A stretch of DNA of 64,000 bases from Bacteroidales bacterium (GCA_022777485.1 JALFGC010000051.1:10273-74272), one strand, 5' to 3'; shown: positions 26,821 through 34,662, counted from the stretch's first letter. Numbers and translations: made by a program. The notes: generated by a model not told the origin, from the sequence alone.

Positions 26821-27564
26821 ATGGCAAAGTTAAAGAGTACATTTCTGAATATGTTGTTGTCGCTGACGCTGATTGCGCTGGTGGCAGCAGCGATGTTGTC
26901 GGGTATCTATCTGCTGACGCAGGAGAGCATTGAGCAACAGAAAGCAGAGAAGCAGTTGGCGGCTATCAGTGCCGTGCTGCCTGCCTACGAGCGTATCGCT
27001 GACCCCGAGACCGTACAAGGTCTGACGGTACACAAGGCCTATACAGGCGACACCTTTGTGGGGGCTGCCGTAGAGACTGAGTCCAACGGTTTCGGCGGCA
27101 AGATTCGCCTGATGGTGGGTTTTGACAACGACAGCCATATCACGGGCTACGAGGTGCTGGAGCAGACCGAGACCCCGGGCTTGGGTACGCATATCGTAGC
27201 GTGGTTCAAGAACGCTGACAAGGCAGGGCAGAACATCATCGGGCGCAAAGCAACGGGAGCGATGAGTGTAAGCAAAGACGGCGGCGATGTGGATGCCATC
27301 ACGGCAGCGACTATCTCCAGCCGCGCTTTCTTAGAGGCTGTGAACAAAGCCTACTCGGCATATACTGAGGGCGAAGTGCAAGCCGCATCCGGCGCCAGCC
27401 AACAGGCAGCGCCGAAAGTGTCGGGAGACTCGCTATCGGTAACTTGCGCGTGCGGCAAGCCTATTGAGGAGTGCTGCAAGACCAAAGGCACCCCCTGCGA
27501 AGGCAACTGCGGCGACTGCAAGCACGATGGAGAACACCAATGCAAACACAATTGCAAGCACTGA
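26821..27564 (+). CDS. rnfG: Rnf complex subunit G with a C-terminal Cys/His-rich extension
   Basis: N-terminal TM helix, ETPGLG, and the FMN-binding motif DAITAATISSRA. The last ~42 aa are SVTCACGKPIEECCKTKGTPCEGNCGDCKHDGEHQCKHNCKH. Confidence 0.88.
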   Translation: MAKLKSTFLNMLLSLTLIALVAAAMLSGIYLLTQESIEQQKAEKQLAAISAVLPAYERIADPETVQGLTVHKAYTGDTFVGAAVETESNGFGGKIRLMVGFDNDSHITGYEVLEQTETPGLGTHIVAWFKNADKAGQNIIGRKATGAMSVSKDGGDVDAITAATISSRAFLEAVNKAYSAYTEGEVQAASGASQQAAPKVSGDSLSVTCACGKPIEECCKTKGTPCEGNCGDCKHDGEHQCKHNCKH

Positions 27565-27566
27565 TA

Positions 27567-27599
27567 GTCAAATTGTTAAATGGTCAAATTGTCAAATAG
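27567..27599 (+). repeat. 16-bp tandem repeat x2 (gtcaaattgttaaatg / gtcaaattgtcaaata) between rnfG and rnfE
   Basis: Read directly. Confidence 0.7.
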
Positions 27600-27602
27600 A
27601 CT

Positions 27603-28187
27603 ATGAATAAAGCATTAAAAACACTCACGAATGGCATTCTGCGCGAGAACCCTACTTTTGCTCTCGTGTTGGGTATGTGCCCTACGCTGGCTACTACCAC
27701 CTCTGCCATCAACGGTATGTCGATGGGACTGGCTACCACGGCGGTGCTCATCTGCTCGAATATCGTTATCTCCCTCTTAAAGAACCTGATTCCCGATAAG
27801 GTGCGTATCCCTGCGTTCATCGTAGTGATTGCCTCGTTCGTAACCATGGTGCAACTGCTCGTACAGGCATACCTGCCCGCTGTTTACGACGCCCTCGGCT
27901 TGTTCATCCCGCTGATTGTGGTGAACTGTATCGTGCTGGGTCGTGCAGAGGCGTTTGCAGCGAAGAATAATGTGGGGCTGTCGGCATTGGACGGTATCGG
28001 CATGGGTCTTGGCTTCACGCTGGCGCTGACCATCCTCGGCGCTATCCGCGAACTGCTGGGAACAGGTAAGATTTTCGATTTCGCTGTCTTCCCCGAGAAC
28101 TACGGTATGCTCGTTTTCGTCCTCGCTCCGGGTGCCTTCATTGCATTGGCATATGTGATGGCATTAGTTAACAAACTGAAAAAATGA
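27603..28187 (+). CDS. rnfE: Rnf complex subunit E
   Basis: Contains NGILRENPTFALVLGMCPTLATT and PLIVVNCIVLGRAEAFA. Confidence 0.92.
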   Translation: MNKALKTLTNGILRENPTFALVLGMCPTLATTTSAINGMSMGLATTAVLICSNIVISLLKNLIPDKVRIPAFIVVIASFVTMVQLLVQAYLPAVYDALGLFIPLIVVNCIVLGRAEAFAAKNNVGLSALDGIGMGLGFTLALTILGAIRELLGTGKIFDFAVFPENYGMLVFVLAPGAFIALAYVMALVNKLKK

Positions 28188-28190
28188 AAT

Positions 28191-28346
28191 GACCGCGCTT
28201 CGCGCTGATAGACCGTCTAACGACTGTCTGACCGTTGACACTGATTGACCGCGCTTCGCGCTGACAGACTGATATACTATCCAAACTAAATCAGTCGGAC
28301 AGCGAAGCGGTCGGACAACGAAGTGGTCAAAGAGCGAAGCAGTCAA
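28191..28346. repeat. Mosaic palindromic element between rnfE and rnfA (two left-hand gaccgcgcttcgcgctga words)
   Basis: The sequence is gaccgcgcttcgcgctgatagaccg...gaccgcgcttcgcgctgacagactgatata...aatcagtcggacagcgaagcggtcggacaacgaagtggtcaaagagcgaagcagtc. Confidence 0.88.
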
Positions 28347-28361
28347 ATAATACACACAACT

Positions 28362-28967
28362 ATGGTTTACCTATTGATATTTATTAGCGCTATTTTTGTA
28401 AACAATGTAGTGCTGTCGCAGTTCTTAGGAATCTGCCCGTTCTTGGGGGTAAGTAAGAAGATAGATACCGCATTGGGTATGGGTGCTGCCGTTACCTTCG
28501 TGATGGCGTTGGCGACCCTGTTGACCTACCTGCTACAAATGTTGCTCAATCGCTTCGGTCTGGGCTTCCTGCAGACAATCGTCTTCATCTTGGTGATTGC
28601 TGCACTGGTACAGATGATTGAGATTGTGCTCAAGAAAATCAGCCCCGCGCTTTATCAGGCACTCGGTGTGTTCCTTCCGCTGATTACCACCAACTGCTGT
28701 ATCCTTGGCGTGGCAATCATCGTGGCTACACCCGAGATGTTGGCAAATAAGTTGCCCGGCGGCGCAGACCCCAGCCTGTGGACAGGTCTCTGGTATGCTG
28801 TTTGCACCGCTATCGGCTTCGCCCTCGCTTTGGTGCTGTTCGCCGGTATCCGCGAGCAGTTGTCAATGAACAAAGTGCCGAAGGCAATGGAAGGCACGCC
28901 TATCGCGCTCCTCACTGCCGGCTTGCTTGCCATGGCATTCATGGGCTTCAGCGGAGTCGTTGGCTGA
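28362..28967 (+). CDS. rnfA: Rnf complex subunit A
   Basis: Contains MVYLLIFISAIFVNNVVLSQFLGICPFLGVS and PLITTNCCILGVA. The ORF-track start at 28323 lies inside the repeat, so ATG 28362 is preferred. Confidence 0.9.
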   Translation: MVYLLIFISAIFVNNVVLSQFLGICPFLGVSKKIDTALGMGAAVTFVMALATLLTYLLQMLLNRFGLGFLQTIVFILVIAALVQMIEIVLKKISPALYQALGVFLPLITTNCCILGVAIIVATPEMLANKLPGGADPSLWTGLWYAVCTAIGFALALVLFAGIREQLSMNKVPKAMEGTPIALLTAGLLAMAFMGFSGVVG

Positions 28968-29023
28968 TAGGAAACAAAACTACTCCCCACCCTCGGCGGC
29001 ACAAACTCCTGCCCATACTGAAA

Positions 29024-29063
29024 AGCGACTGTCCGATAATTGTCAGACAGTCGCTCCTTTTTT
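29024..29063. terminator. Bidirectional Rho-independent terminator between convergent rnfA and the PTPS-like gene
   Basis: The sequence is agcgactgtc-cgataattgtca-gacagtcgct followed by cctttttt, with aaaa on the other side. Confidence 0.7.
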
Positions 29064-29090
29064 GCAACTCTTTTGGGTGCGGAAAGACAC

Positions 29091-29654
29091 TTACTTCTTG
29101 TAGCCGCACTTCGGGCAAACGCCGTTCTCATCCAGCGAGATACCGCAGAGCGGGCAACGGTCAATCTCCTTTCGTGCGGAGAACTCGGCAGAAGCCGCAT
29201 TCACGCCGCTGGTGAAGGTAATCTTCGCAATGTTCAGTTTGTCTTTCAGCAAGTCGTAAACAATCTTTATCATGCCCTCAACGGTCATGGTCTCTTTCGT
29301 AACTACCAGTCTGCAATCGGGATAAGCCGTTGCCAACTCGGTATGAAACGCCTCGCCTTTCATCGTGTTGCGCGGGTGTCCGTTCTTTATTCCTTGCTTC
29401 TCATATACATCAAGAATAGCAGGCAGCAGCGGATCGTCCTCGCGCAGGATGAGCGCATGGTCAAAGTTCTTCAACAGGCTCCATGCCACTTTCTGAATCT
29501 CGTTGCAAGGATAAACCATGTTGACACCTTCGTTAATACTGTCCTCTACCTCAATCGTGAGGACACCGGTATGCCCGTGCAGGTACTGTGCTTCCCCTTG
29601 GAAACCGTAGAAACGGTGGGCATACTGCAAATCAAATGTTGTGATACTACGCAT
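29091..29654 (-). CDS. 6-pyruvoyl-tetrahydropterin synthase / QueD-family protein with a C-terminal zinc-ribbon extension
   Basis: His triad context AHRFYGFQGEAQYLHGHTGVLTIEV. The C-terminus is CPLCGISLDENGVCPKCGYKK. The gene lies 28 nt downstream of rubrerythrin on the same strand. Confidence 0.7.
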   Translation of the reverse strand: MRSITTFDLQYAHRFYGFQGEAQYLHGHTGVLTIEVEDSINEGVNMVYPCNEIQKVAWSLLKNFDHALILREDDPLLPAILDVYEKQGIKNGHPRNTMKGEAFHTELATAYPDCRLVVTKETMTVEGMIKIVYDLLKDKLNIAKITFTSGVNAASAEFSARKEIDRCPLCGISLDENGVCPKCGYKK

Positions 29655-29682
29655 AGTTGATTAAAATATAAGGTTAATAAAA

Positions 29683-30225
29683 TTAGTAGTTCTCCGCATG
29701 TACCTCGAAATAAGCCTGCGGATGAGCGCATACGGGGCAGATAGCAGGTGCTTCCTCGCCTACCATGATATGTCCGCAGTTGCGGCACTCCCACACCTTC
29801 ACAGAGGACTTTTTGAATACCTCTTGTGCCTCCACATTGTGGAGCAATGCGCGATAGCGCTCCTCGTGGTGCTTCTCCACCTCTGCTACCATGCGAAAAC
29901 GGGCTGCCAACTCGGGGAATCCTTCCTTTTCCGCGGTCTCTGCAAAGCCTGCGTACATGTCCGTCCACTCGTAGTTCTCTCCCTCGGCTGCCTTCAGCAG
30001 GCAGTCTGCGGTATCTCCAATGCCGTCGTGCAGTTCCTTGTACCACAGTTTGGCATGCTCTTTCTCGTTGTCAGCCGTTTTCAGGAAGAGGGCTGCAATC
30101 TGCTCAAATCCTTCTTTCTTCGCCTTGCTTGCAAAATAAGTGTACTTGTTGCGTGCTTGCGATTCGCCTGCGAATGCAATCTCCAGATTTTTCTCGGTCT
30201 GGGTACCGGCATACTTGTTTGCCAT
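29683..30225 (-). CDS. rbr: Rubrerythrin
   Basis: Contains [35 protein letters not shown] and the EKHHEERY di-iron motifs, with a C-terminal rubredoxin-like WECRNCGH...CPVCAHP. Confidence 0.93.
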   Translation of the reverse strand: MANKYAGTQTEKNLEIAFAGESQARNKYTYFASKAKKEGFEQIAALFLKTADNEKEHAKLWYKELHDGIGDTADCLLKAAEGENYEWTDMYAGFAETAEKEGFPELAARFRMVAEVEKHHEERYRALLHNVEAQEVFKKSSVKVWECRNCGHIMVGEEAPAICPVCAHPQAYFEVHAENY

Positions 30226-30265
30226 AGTCTTTGTTTGTTTAGTTAGTTATTGTCTTTCTCCATTT

Positions 30266-30284
30266 GTTTAGATTTAATCTAAAC
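30266..30284. promoter_or_regulatory. Perfect 9-1-9 palindrome gtttagatt-t-aatctaaac, candidate Fur/PerR-family operator
   Basis: Read directly. It lies between the rbr -7 box (30291-30298) and the rbr ATG (30225), in the rbr/perR divergent region. Confidence 0.45.
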
Positions 30285-30290
30285 TCGGTG

Positions 30291-30298
30291 CAAAAATA
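30291..30298 (-). promoter_or_regulatory. -7 box TATTTTTG (minus strand), candidate rubrerythrin promoter
   Basis: Forward caaaaata is the reverse complement of TATTTTTG and matches TAnnTTTG. Confidence 0.45.
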
Positions 30299-30361
30299 CT
30301 GCTTTTTTCTGATATACGCAAGTTTTTCTATGATTTTTTTGCATAAATCGTTCTTTTTTCG

Positions 30362-30369
30362 TATCTTTG
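30362..30369 (+). promoter_or_regulatory. -7 box TATCTTTG, candidate promoter of the Fur/PerR gene
   Basis: Exact TAnnTTTG match, 30 nt upstream of ATG 30399. Confidence 0.55.
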
Positions 30370-30398
30370 CAGCAAATTTCACCAATGCAAGCAAGTTT

Positions 30399-30818
30399 AT
30401 GATGGACAGCCGTGAATTTCTGGAGCAGTACGGTATTCAATACACACGAGAGAGAGCCTATGTTGTTGATTATCTAATGAGCCACAACACCCACCCTACT
30501 GCGGACGAGATATACGCCGGATTACTAACCAAGCAGATAGCCGTATCACGCGCGACGGTTTACAACTCGCTGAAGACGCTGACCGCTTGCGGTGCAGTGT
30601 TCTCCTTGCAGATTACCGAAGGCACAATACGATACGATATCAATCGGCACCGACATGCGCATTTCCGCTGCATTCGGTGCGGGAAGATAGAGGACATGCC
30701 TATGTCCGATTTGAGGAATTTCTCCGTGCCGGAAGGGTACAAACTGCTTCGGGAAGAATGTTATCTGACCGGAGTATGCGCATGCTGCCGAGGCGTGGAA
30801 ACCACCGCCATGTGTTGA
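30399..30818 (+). CDS. Fur-family transcriptional repressor, PerR-like by context
   Basis: Contains YTRERAYVVDYLMSHNTHPTADEIY, VSRATVYNSLKTL, HFRCIRCGKIEDM and GVCACC. It is divergent from rubrerythrin. The ORF-track start at 30264 would include the promoter. Confidence 0.82.
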   Translation: MMDSREFLEQYGIQYTRERAYVVDYLMSHNTHPTADEIYAGLLTKQIAVSRATVYNSLKTLTACGAVFSLQITEGTIRYDINRHRHAHFRCIRCGKIEDMPMSDLRNFSVPEGYKLLREECYLTGVCACCRGVETTAMC

Positions 30819-30832
30819 GGCACAGCCAACGC

Positions 30833-31804
30833 CTATATTGAGAAAAGATACGCTACGGCGCCGTCAATCTCGGACGGAGAGACCGTCTCGGAGACAGGTT
30901 CGCCTATACGCCGCAGAAGGGTAAATCGAATGCCCTCTGCGGTGTTTTTTTTGTCCTGTTGCATGAGGGTGAGTAGTTGGGACTGGTCCTTGCAGTTGCA
31001 GATGGGGCGTCCGTAGTAGCGCAGCATAGTCTGCTCCAGTTGGTGGAGCACCTCGCGAGGGAATCCGCAGCGTAATACGCTGAGATAGAGTGCGCCCACC
31101 ATTCCCCAGACGACACAATAGCCGTGCGGTTGCGGTTGTCCTGCGGCGAGCATATGTGCTTCGAGGGCATGCCCGATGGTGTGTCCGAGGTTGAGCGCAC
31201 GGCGGAGCCCCTGCTCGCGGGGGTCTATCTGCACGATACGATTCTTCAGCGCTCGCGAGCGTTCGATAAGCGACATGAGGGCTTGCACGCCCGCCTCCGT
31301 CTCGAGGTCAAGTTGCAGGAGTTGTTGCCAATGGTCGGGCGTATCGAGGAGAGCGTGTTTGAGCATTTCACCATAGCCGCTGAGCAGTTCGCGCGGGGGG
31401 AGGGAGGTGATGAGCGAGGGTAGGATGAGCGTTTGAAGGGCAGGGGCGTAGGTGCCGATGGCGTTCTTGACACCGGCGTAATCGAAGCCCGTCTTGCCTC
31501 CGGACGCAGCGTCCACCATGGCGAGGAGCGTGGTGGGGACATTGATATGGGGCATGCCGCGCTTGTAGGTGGAGGCAGCGAAGCCGCCGAGGTCGCAGAT
31601 GACGCCTCCGCCGACGCAGACGAGGATATCATTCCGCGTAGCATGGTGTGCGAAGAGGAAGTGCCAGATTTGCTCCACGGTGGCAAGGGTCTTGTACTGC
31701 TCGCCATTTGGTATCTCTAAGCGCGGGCTATCCCGCCACGGTTGGTCGGCGAACGATTCATGACAGAGTTGCCATATCGATGAGGTGGTTAGGACAAAAT
31801 ACAT
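30833..31804 (-). CDS. aroB: 3-dehydroquinate synthase
   Basis: Contains IPNGEQYKTL, VCVGGGVICDLGGFAASTYKRGMPHINVPTTLLAMVDAASGGKTGFDY and NLGHTIGHALE. The N-terminus is shorter than the homologues I recall, and an in-frame stop lies upstream. Confidence 0.85.
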   Translation of the reverse strand: MYFVLTTSSIWQLCHESFADQPWRDSPRLEIPNGEQYKTLATVEQIWHFLFAHHATRNDILVCVGGGVICDLGGFAASTYKRGMPHINVPTTLLAMVDAASGGKTGFDYAGVKNAIGTYAPALQTLILPSLITSLPPRELLSGYGEMLKHALLDTPDHWQQLLQLDLETEAGVQALMSLIERSRALKNRIVQIDPREQGLRRALNLGHTIGHALEAHMLAAGQPQPHGYCVVWGMVGALYLSVLRCGFPREVLHQLEQTMLRYYGRPICNCKDQSQLLTLMQQDKKNTAEGIRFTLLRRIGEPVSETVSPSEIDGAVAYLFSI

Positions 31805-31894
31805 AGGTCGGCAGTTTTTAAGGAAGAAGAAGTGTTGTTTTTGGGGTATGAGGGTTTACAAAAAGTGTCGGCAGAGTAAGGAAATAGTCTCGGC

Positions 31895-31949
31895 AATCAC
31901 TAACTAATCACTAACTAATCACTAACTAATCACTAACTAATCACTAACT
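31895..31949 (+). repeat. Perfect 11-bp tandem repeat x5 (aatcactaact)
   Basis: Read directly, 55 bp, between the divergent aroB and upp genes. Confidence 0.95.
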
Positions 31950-32131
31950 ATTGTCCTTAGTTGGTCTGCTGTCTCTTAGTCGTTAAAACAGAGACTTGTA
32001 TATCCGTTCGGGCAGCAAAGGTACGAAGAAAAAATGAGATATGCAAGCATGAGGCGTGTTTTGGAGTGAAGAAAAGGCCATTTTAGTGCATAATTTTGCG
32101 TTCTTCTGTTGCACAATTCATTTTTTTTGCG

Positions 32132-32139
32132 TACCTTTG
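32132..32139 (+). promoter_or_regulatory. -7 box TACCTTTG, candidate upp promoter
   Basis: Exact TAnnTTTG match, 25 nt upstream of ATG 32164. Confidence 0.55.
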
Positions 32140-32163
32140 CGGGCAAATTTAATCCTTTTCACC

Positions 32164-32832
32164 ATGAGAGTAATCAACTTGTCGGAGCATAACTCGCTCT
32201 TGAATCAGTATCTGAAAGAGATACGCAGTGTGGATATTCAGCACGATAGTCTTCGTTTTCGTCGTAACATTGAGCGCATTGGTGAGGTGATGGCGTTGGA
32301 GGTAAGCCGCGAACTGACCTACGCTTCGGAGCCGGTGCAGACTCCGCTGGGCGTGGCGGAGGTGCAGGTGCCGACGGATAAGGTGGTGCTGGCGACGGTG
32401 CTCCGCGCAGGTTTGCCTCTACACCAAGGGTTCCTCAACATGTTCGACCGCGCGGAGAACGCCTTTCTGAGCGCTTACCGCCGCTGGGGACGCAACCGCT
32501 ACGGCGAGGAGGAGATAGAGATTGTGGCAGAGTACTTGGCTGCTCCGCATTTGGAGGGTAAGACGCTGATGCTGGTTGACCCGATGCTGGCGACAGGCAT
32601 GTCGATGGAGGTGGCATATCGCGCGCTGCTGAGCCACGGCACCCCCGCAGCGACCCACCTATGCTGCACTATCGGGACAACGCAAGCCGTTCAGTATCTG
32701 CAAGATACGCTGGGCGACCAACCGAACATCACCCTCTGGTGCGCCGCCATTGACCCCACGCTCAACGAGCATAAGTACATTGTGCCGGGCTTGGGCGACG
32801 CGGGCGATTTGTGCTTTGGGGAAAAACTATGA
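32164..32832 (+). CDS. upp: Uracil phosphoribosyltransferase
   Basis: Contains VLATVLRAGLPLHQGF, LMLVDPMLATGMSM and YIVPGLGDAGDLCFG. Confidence 0.9.
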   Translation: MRVINLSEHNSLLNQYLKEIRSVDIQHDSLRFRRNIERIGEVMALEVSRELTYASEPVQTPLGVAEVQVPTDKVVLATVLRAGLPLHQGFLNMFDRAENAFLSAYRRWGRNRYGEEEIEIVAEYLAAPHLEGKTLMLVDPMLATGMSMEVAYRALLSHGTPAATHLCCTIGTTQAVQYLQDTLGDQPNITLWCAAIDPTLNEHKYIVPGLGDAGDLCFGEKL

Positions 32833-32884
32833 TTAGTGGGCAGTGATTAGTGATTAGTGAGCAGTTTTAATGGTTAGTTGGCAG
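32831..32884 (+). repeat. gattagtg-word cluster (reverse complement of the cactaatc/cactaact words of 31895-31949)
   Basis: The sequence is gattagtgggcag-tgattag-tgattagtgagcag...ggttagttggcag. It spans the upp stop and the vanZ-like start. Confidence 0.6.
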
Positions 32885-33274
32885 AAATATGCATGGTATG
32901 TGCCTGCGGGATTGGTCGCAGTGGCTATTGCATTGCTCTCGCTGTGGGAGCAGCCTACCCTGCCGCCGTTGGTGATTCGGTGGAGCGACAAGACATGGCA
33001 TACGCTGATGTATATTGTGCAGGCGGTGTCGTGGTTGTTGCCTGTGGCAGCACTCGGGGGCGCACGGTGCGAGGGTATGTGGAAACGATATGTGTGGGCG
33101 TGGGTGCTGACGGTGGGCTATGGCGGACTGATGGAGGTGCTGCAAGCCACCTGCACCCGCACGCGGACAGGCGACTGGATAGACCTTGTGGCAGATATCG
33201 TCGGCGCGACTATCGGACTGGTTTTGGTGGGGGTATACCGCTTGATGAGAAGGCGTTTTTCCGCTTGTAGGTAG
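32870..33274 (+). CDS. VanZ-like family membrane protein
   Basis: Four TM helices, with DKTWHTLMY, GGLMEVLQ and DWIDLVADIVGATIG. Confidence 0.72.
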   Translation: MVSWQKYAWYVPAGLVAVAIALLSLWEQPTLPPLVIRWSDKTWHTLMYIVQAVSWLLPVAALGGARCEGMWKRYVWAWVLTVGYGGLMEVLQATCTRTRTGDWIDLVADIVGATIGLVLVGVYRLMRRRFSACR

Positions 33275-33280
33275 GTTCGT

Positions 33281-34339
33281 ATGTTGCTGTATCAGATTGC
33301 TTTTAGTTTGTTGTTTGAGAAACGGAATCGTATTGCATTGCAATGGTTAGAGCAATACGGTTCTGCGGGTGAGGCGTGGAAACACCTGACGGAAAAAGGG
33401 ATGGGCGAAGCCATGGCGCGGGCAGAGCGCGAGTTGGCATTTGTGGAGACGCACCATATCAGCACCTATTGGTGCCAAGACGAAGGGTATCCGTTTCACT
33501 TGCGGCAGTGCCCCGACCGACCGCTGCTGCTGTTCGGGAAAGGCAATATGCGGGTGAACGAGGGGAAGGTAGTGTCGGTGGTGGGGACCCGGAATGCGAC
33601 CGACCGCGGAAAAGAACTGACGCGGCAGTTAGTGCTCGACTTGGCAAAAAGGGTGCCTAACTTGAATGTTATCAGCGGATTAGCCTATGGTATTGATGTA
33701 GCGGCACACCGCGCTGCCATTGAGGCGGGTATCCCAACCATTGCCGTCCCCGGGCATGGGCTGGATAGGATTTACCCCGCGTTGCATAGGAATGTGGCGG
33801 TGGCAATGCTGGAGCATGGCGGTTTGCTGACGGAGTATGTGAGTGGCACGCGCCCTGACCCTTGGCATTTCGTGGCGCGAGACCGGATTATCGCGGGGCT
33901 GGCAGACGCGGTGGTTGTGGTGGAGTCGAAAGCCAAAGGCGGTGCACTCATTACGGCGCAGATGGCGTTGGACTACGACCGCGATGTGTTCGCCTGCCCG
34001 GGGAGACCGTCGGACGAGCAGTCGCAAGGCTGTAATAACCTGATTCGCAGGCAGAAAGCGCAACTTATCACCTGCGCGGACGACCTAATAGAAGCGATGG
34101 ACTGGGCGGCTGCCGCAGCGCCCGTCCAGACAGAGATAGTGGAATTCTCGACTCCGCTGACGGATGTGCAGCGCACGCTGCTCGATAAATTGCACGAGCA
34201 AGAGGACGGACTGCATATCAACATGATAGTGATGGAGACGGGCATGGACTACGCACAGGTGGCGAACGAACTGATGATGATGGAGATGGAAGGATTAGTC
34301 AAGTCGCTGCCCGGGGGAATGGTTAGGGCTTTGAAGTAA
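33281..34339 (+). CDS. dprA: DNA-processing protein DprA
   Basis: Contains VSVVGTRNATDRGKE, ISGLAYGIDVAAHRAA, VVVVESKAKGGALITAQMA and GCNNLIR. Confidence 0.9.
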   Translation: MLLYQIAFSLLFEKRNRIALQWLEQYGSAGEAWKHLTEKGMGEAMARAERELAFVETHHISTYWCQDEGYPFHLRQCPDRPLLLFGKGNMRVNEGKVVSVVGTRNATDRGKELTRQLVLDLAKRVPNLNVISGLAYGIDVAAHRAAIEAGIPTIAVPGHGLDRIYPALHRNVAVAMLEHGGLLTEYVSGTRPDPWHFVARDRIIAGLADAVVVVESKAKGGALITAQMALDYDRDVFACPGRPSDEQSQGCNNLIRRQKAQLITCADDLIEAMDWAAAAAPVQTEIVEFSTPLTDVQRTLLDKLHEQEDGLHINMIVMETGMDYAQVANELMMMEMEGLVKSLPGGMVRALK

Positions 34340-34371
34340 TGCGCAGAAGCAGATGAATACTAAATGTTATT

Positions 34372-34483
34372 GTAGCATTTGAAGCAAATGAAGCAAATGA
34401 AAAGTCTCCCTTTTCGGGGGTGAGTTTTGGGAGATTTAGAGGGTCTGGGGTCTTACATTTGCTACACTTGCTTCATTTGCTAC
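34372..34483. mobile_element. MITE-like unit: 28-nt imperfect inverted repeats flanking a CTCCC/GGGAG element core
   Basis: The left arm is gtagcatttgaagcaaatgaagcaaatg. The reverse complement of the right arm is gtagcaaatgaagcaagtgtagcaaatg (24/28 match). The core is gtctccc...gggagatttagagggtctggggtcttaca. Confidence 0.5.
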
Positions 34484-34554
34484 ACTGCAATTTAGTAATT
34501 TACTACCATAAAGTCCTTATAAAGACCTAAAAAAGGGCAAGGTGGTTCAAAATC

Positions 34555-34589
34555 GGGGTACTTTTTGCAAAAAGTACCCCCATTTTTTC
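34555..34589 (+). terminator. 26-bp perfect palindrome plus T-run, candidate dprA terminator
   Basis: The sequence is ggggtactttttgcaaaaagtacccc followed by cattttttcg. Confidence 0.55.
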
Positions 34590-34630
34590 GTTAAAAAGTA
34601 TTAAGTTTTGGGGGGTTGAGGGGTTATTCT

Positions 34631-34662
34631 AATTATTATATATATATATATATATAATAATT
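34631..34662. repeat. 32-bp perfect A/T-only palindrome containing a (TA)n microsatellite
   Basis: The sequence is aattattatatatatatatatatataataatt. It is flanked by the G-rich direct words ggggttgaggggttattc and gggtggggagggttactc. Confidence 0.9.

Noticed and set aside
30833-31804. aroB considered as a 5'-truncated pseudogene
   Set aside because: The N-terminus looks ~25-35 aa shorter than the homologues I recall and an in-frame stop lies upstream. However, all the nucleotide- and metal-binding motifs I checked are intact and the ORF is uninterrupted. It is kept as a functional CDS with an uncertain start.
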